Shown here piece after piece: positions 61,633 through 64,000 of a stretch of DNA of 64,000 nucleotides. The notes under the pieces are model-generated. The model was given only the letters and a program-made list of their open reading frames with translations, was not told the origin of the DNA and made no database searches. Within the stretch, counting starts at the first letter, position 1; every line of letters starts with the position of its first letter. The translations under genes and the position numbers were made by a program. The DNA comes from Escherichia coli (GTDB lineage: Bacteria > Pseudomonadota > Gammaproteobacteria > Enterobacterales > Enterobacteriaceae). The stretch lies in the NCBI RefSeq assembly GCF_003018255.1, contig NZ_CP027440.1; one strand, given 5' to 3'.

Positions 61633-62541
61633 ATGGCTGCCATTAATACGAAAGTCAAAAAAGCCGTTATCCCCGTTGCGGGATTAGGAACCAGGATGTT
61701 GCCGGCGACGAAAGCCATCCCGAAAGAGATGCTGCCACTTGTCGATAAGCCATTAATTCAATACGTCGTGAATGAATGTATTGCGGCTGGCATTACTGAA
61801 ATTGTGCTGGTTACTCACTCATCTAAAAACTCTATTGAAAACCACTTTGATACCAGTTTTGAACTGGAAGCAATGCTGGAAAAACGTGTAAAACGTCAAC
61901 TGCTTGATGAAGTGCAGTCTATTTGTCCGCCGCACGTGACTATTATGCAAGTTCGTCAGGGGCTGGCGAAAGGCCTGGGACATGCGGTATTGTGTGCTCA
62001 CCCGGTAGTGGGTGATGAACCTGTGGCTGTTATTTTGCCTGACGTTATTCTGGATGAATATGAATCCGATTTGTCACAGGATAACCTGGCAGAGATGATC
62101 CGCCGCTTTGATGAAACGGGTCATAGCCAGATCATGGTTGAACCGGTTGCTGATGTGACCGCATATGGCGTTGTGGATTGCAAAGGCGTTGAATTAGCGC
62201 CGGGTGAAAGCGTACCGATGGTTGGCGTGGTTGAAAAACCAAAAGCGGATGTTGCGCCGTCTAATCTCGCTATTGTGGGTCGTTACGTACTCAGCGCGGA
62301 TATTTGGCCGTTGCTGGCAAAAACCCCTCCGGGAGCTGGTGATGAAATTCAGCTCACCGACGCAATTGATATGCTGATCGAAAAAGAAACGGTTGAAGCC
62401 TATCATATGAAAGGGAAGAGCCATGACTGCGGTAATAAATTAGGTTACATGCAGGCCTTCGTTGAATACGGTATTCGTCATAACACCCTTGGCACGGAAT
62501 TTAAAGCCTGGCTTGAAGAAGAGATGGGCATTAAGAAGTAA
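61633..62541 (+). CDS. galU: UTP--glucose-1-phosphate uridylyltransferase
   Basis: 302-aa [38 protein letters not shown] recognised as GalU. Confidence 0.97.
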
Positions 62542-62565
62542 CATCCGTATCGGTGTTATCCACGA

Positions 62566-62597
62566 AACGGCGTTGAGCAATCGACGCCGTTTTTTTA
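62566..62597 (+). terminator. Rho-independent terminator after galU
   Basis: Hairpin AACGGCGTTGA-GCAA-TCGACGCCGTT followed by TTTTTTT. Confidence 0.8.
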
Positions 62598-62630
62598 TAG
62601 CTTATTCTTATTAAATTGTCTTAAACCGGA

Positions 62631-62658
62631 CAATAAAAAATCCCGCCAATGGCGGGAT
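62631..62658 (-). terminator. Rho-independent terminator of hns
   Basis: Hairpin ATCCCGCC-AAT-GGCGGGAT followed on the minus strand by TTTTTTATT. Confidence 0.8.
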
Positions 62659-62684
62659 TTTAAGCAAGTGTCATCTACAAAAGA

Positions 62685-63098
62685 TTATTGCTTGATCAGG
62701 AAATCGTCGAGGGATTTACCTTGCTCATCCATTGCTTTTTTGATTACAGCTGGAGTACGACCCTGGCCAGTCCAGGTTTTAGTTTCGCCGTTTTCGTCAA
62801 CGTAGCTATATTTTGCCGGACGCTGAGCACGTTTAGCTTTGGTGCCAGATTTAACGGCAGCAAGGCTATTCAGCAGTTCGTTCGGGTCAATACCGTCAGC
62901 GATCAGCATTTCGCGATATTGCTGCAGTTTACGAGTGCGCTCTTCAACTTCAGCAGCAGCCGCGCTTTCTTCTTCGCGACGTTCGTTAACAACAACTTCT
63001 AATTTTTCCAGCATTTCTTCCAGCGTTTCAAGTGTACATTCTCTTGCCTGCGCACGAAGAGTACGGATGTTGTTCAGAATTTTAAGTGCTTCGCTCAT
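62685..63098 (-). CDS. hns: H-NS nucleoid-associated protein
   Basis: 137-aa [47 protein letters not shown] recognised as H-NS. Confidence 0.97.
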
Positions 63099-63701
63099 TG
63101 TAGTAATCTCAAACTTATATTGGGGTGGTTTGTTGAGGTAATAATAGAGCCTTAAATTCAGTTGTGCAATAGCCAGGAATGTAAGGAATTCAAAATTGTT
63201 CTTTATTTTGTGCCGCCAATAAATATCTTTTCATAAAATTAGCCAGAAAAGACGCGGCATATAGCCCTATTTGCGCCGATGATTTCGCAGCACGTGAGGT
63301 TAAAACTTCCTGATTCATGTCACATTTTATGGGGAGATTATCGTAGGCTGACGACCTTTCAGTCTTCTGTATTAGTCGTGTTTACAAGAATTCCCTATTA
63401 AGCGAATGATGAAAAGTAGAACAGTCGCAATAAGAGCAGGGACTTAGTATTGCACTATCTCCTGGAGGTCAACAGAGGGCTATTACTTGCGCAACAGGTT
63501 AAAGATTGTGAATAGTTACCAGCAGTCATTTACCCGCTTATAACAAGCGAGGCAGTTGTAATGATAGCTCAGAAGGATTATGCAAGGCTTCGTAAGGGAG
63601 AACGCATATACCACTTCTGTGCATACTGTTGAGCTGAAAAACTGACGAATTATGATAAACTCCAGCCAACTTTAATTCATATCATTGAGGGCCTGTGGCT
63701 G

Positions 63702-64000
63702 ATGGCACAGCTATATTTCTACTATTCCGCAATGAATGCGGGTAAGTCTACAGCATTGTTGCAATCTTCATACAATTACCAGGAACGCGGCATGCGCACT
63801 GTCGTATATACGGCAGAAATTGATGATCGCTTTGGTGCCGGGAAAGTCAGCTCGCGTATAGGTTTGTCATCGCCTGCAAAATTATTTAACCAAAATTCAT
63901 CATTATTTGATGAGATTCGTGCGGAACATGAACAGCAGGCAATTCATTGCGTACTGGTTGATGAATGCCAGTTTTTAACCAGACAACAAGTATATGAATT
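63702..64000 (+). CDS. tdk: Thymidine kinase (5' portion; continues past the window end)
   Basis: ATG at 63702 opens [30 protein letters not shown] with the P-loop; the ORF runs to the window edge without a stop. Confidence 0.9.

Overview
This window is an Escherichia coli-type chromosomal segment running umuDC to tdk, recognised from the translated ORFs and from my memory of the K-12 gene order; no database search was possible. Gene order is umuD-umuC-dsbB-nhaB-fadR-ycgB-dadAX-cvrA-ldcA-emtA-ycgR-ymgE, then a six-gene accessory operon, then treA-dhaMLK-dhaR-ychF-pth-ychH-dauA-prs-ispE-lolB-hemA-prfA-prmC-sirB2-sirB1-kdsA-ldr/rdl-chaABC-ychN-ychO-narLX-narK-narGHJI-tRNA-Tyr(x3)-purU-ychJ-rssAB-galU-hns-tdk(partial). 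Most of it is conserved core genome. The main candidate for something new is the minus-strand operon at 14025..20451: a TonB-dependent receptor, a ModD/NadC-like phosphoribosyltransferase homolog, a class I SAM methyltransferase and a FecBCD-type ABC importer, sitting between ymgE and treA where I recall K-12 carrying only ycgY. Other differences from the remembered K-12 layout are the absence of the ycgV autotransporter (a small His-rich putative lipoprotein ORF is there instead), one ldr/rdl toxin-antitoxin copy rather than three, and three tandem tRNA-Tyr genes rather than two. No IS elements, integrases, CRISPR arrays or rRNA genes were seen. All coordinates are read by eye from the sequence and ORF track; start codons were trimmed where the ORF track carried an obvious N-terminal extension.
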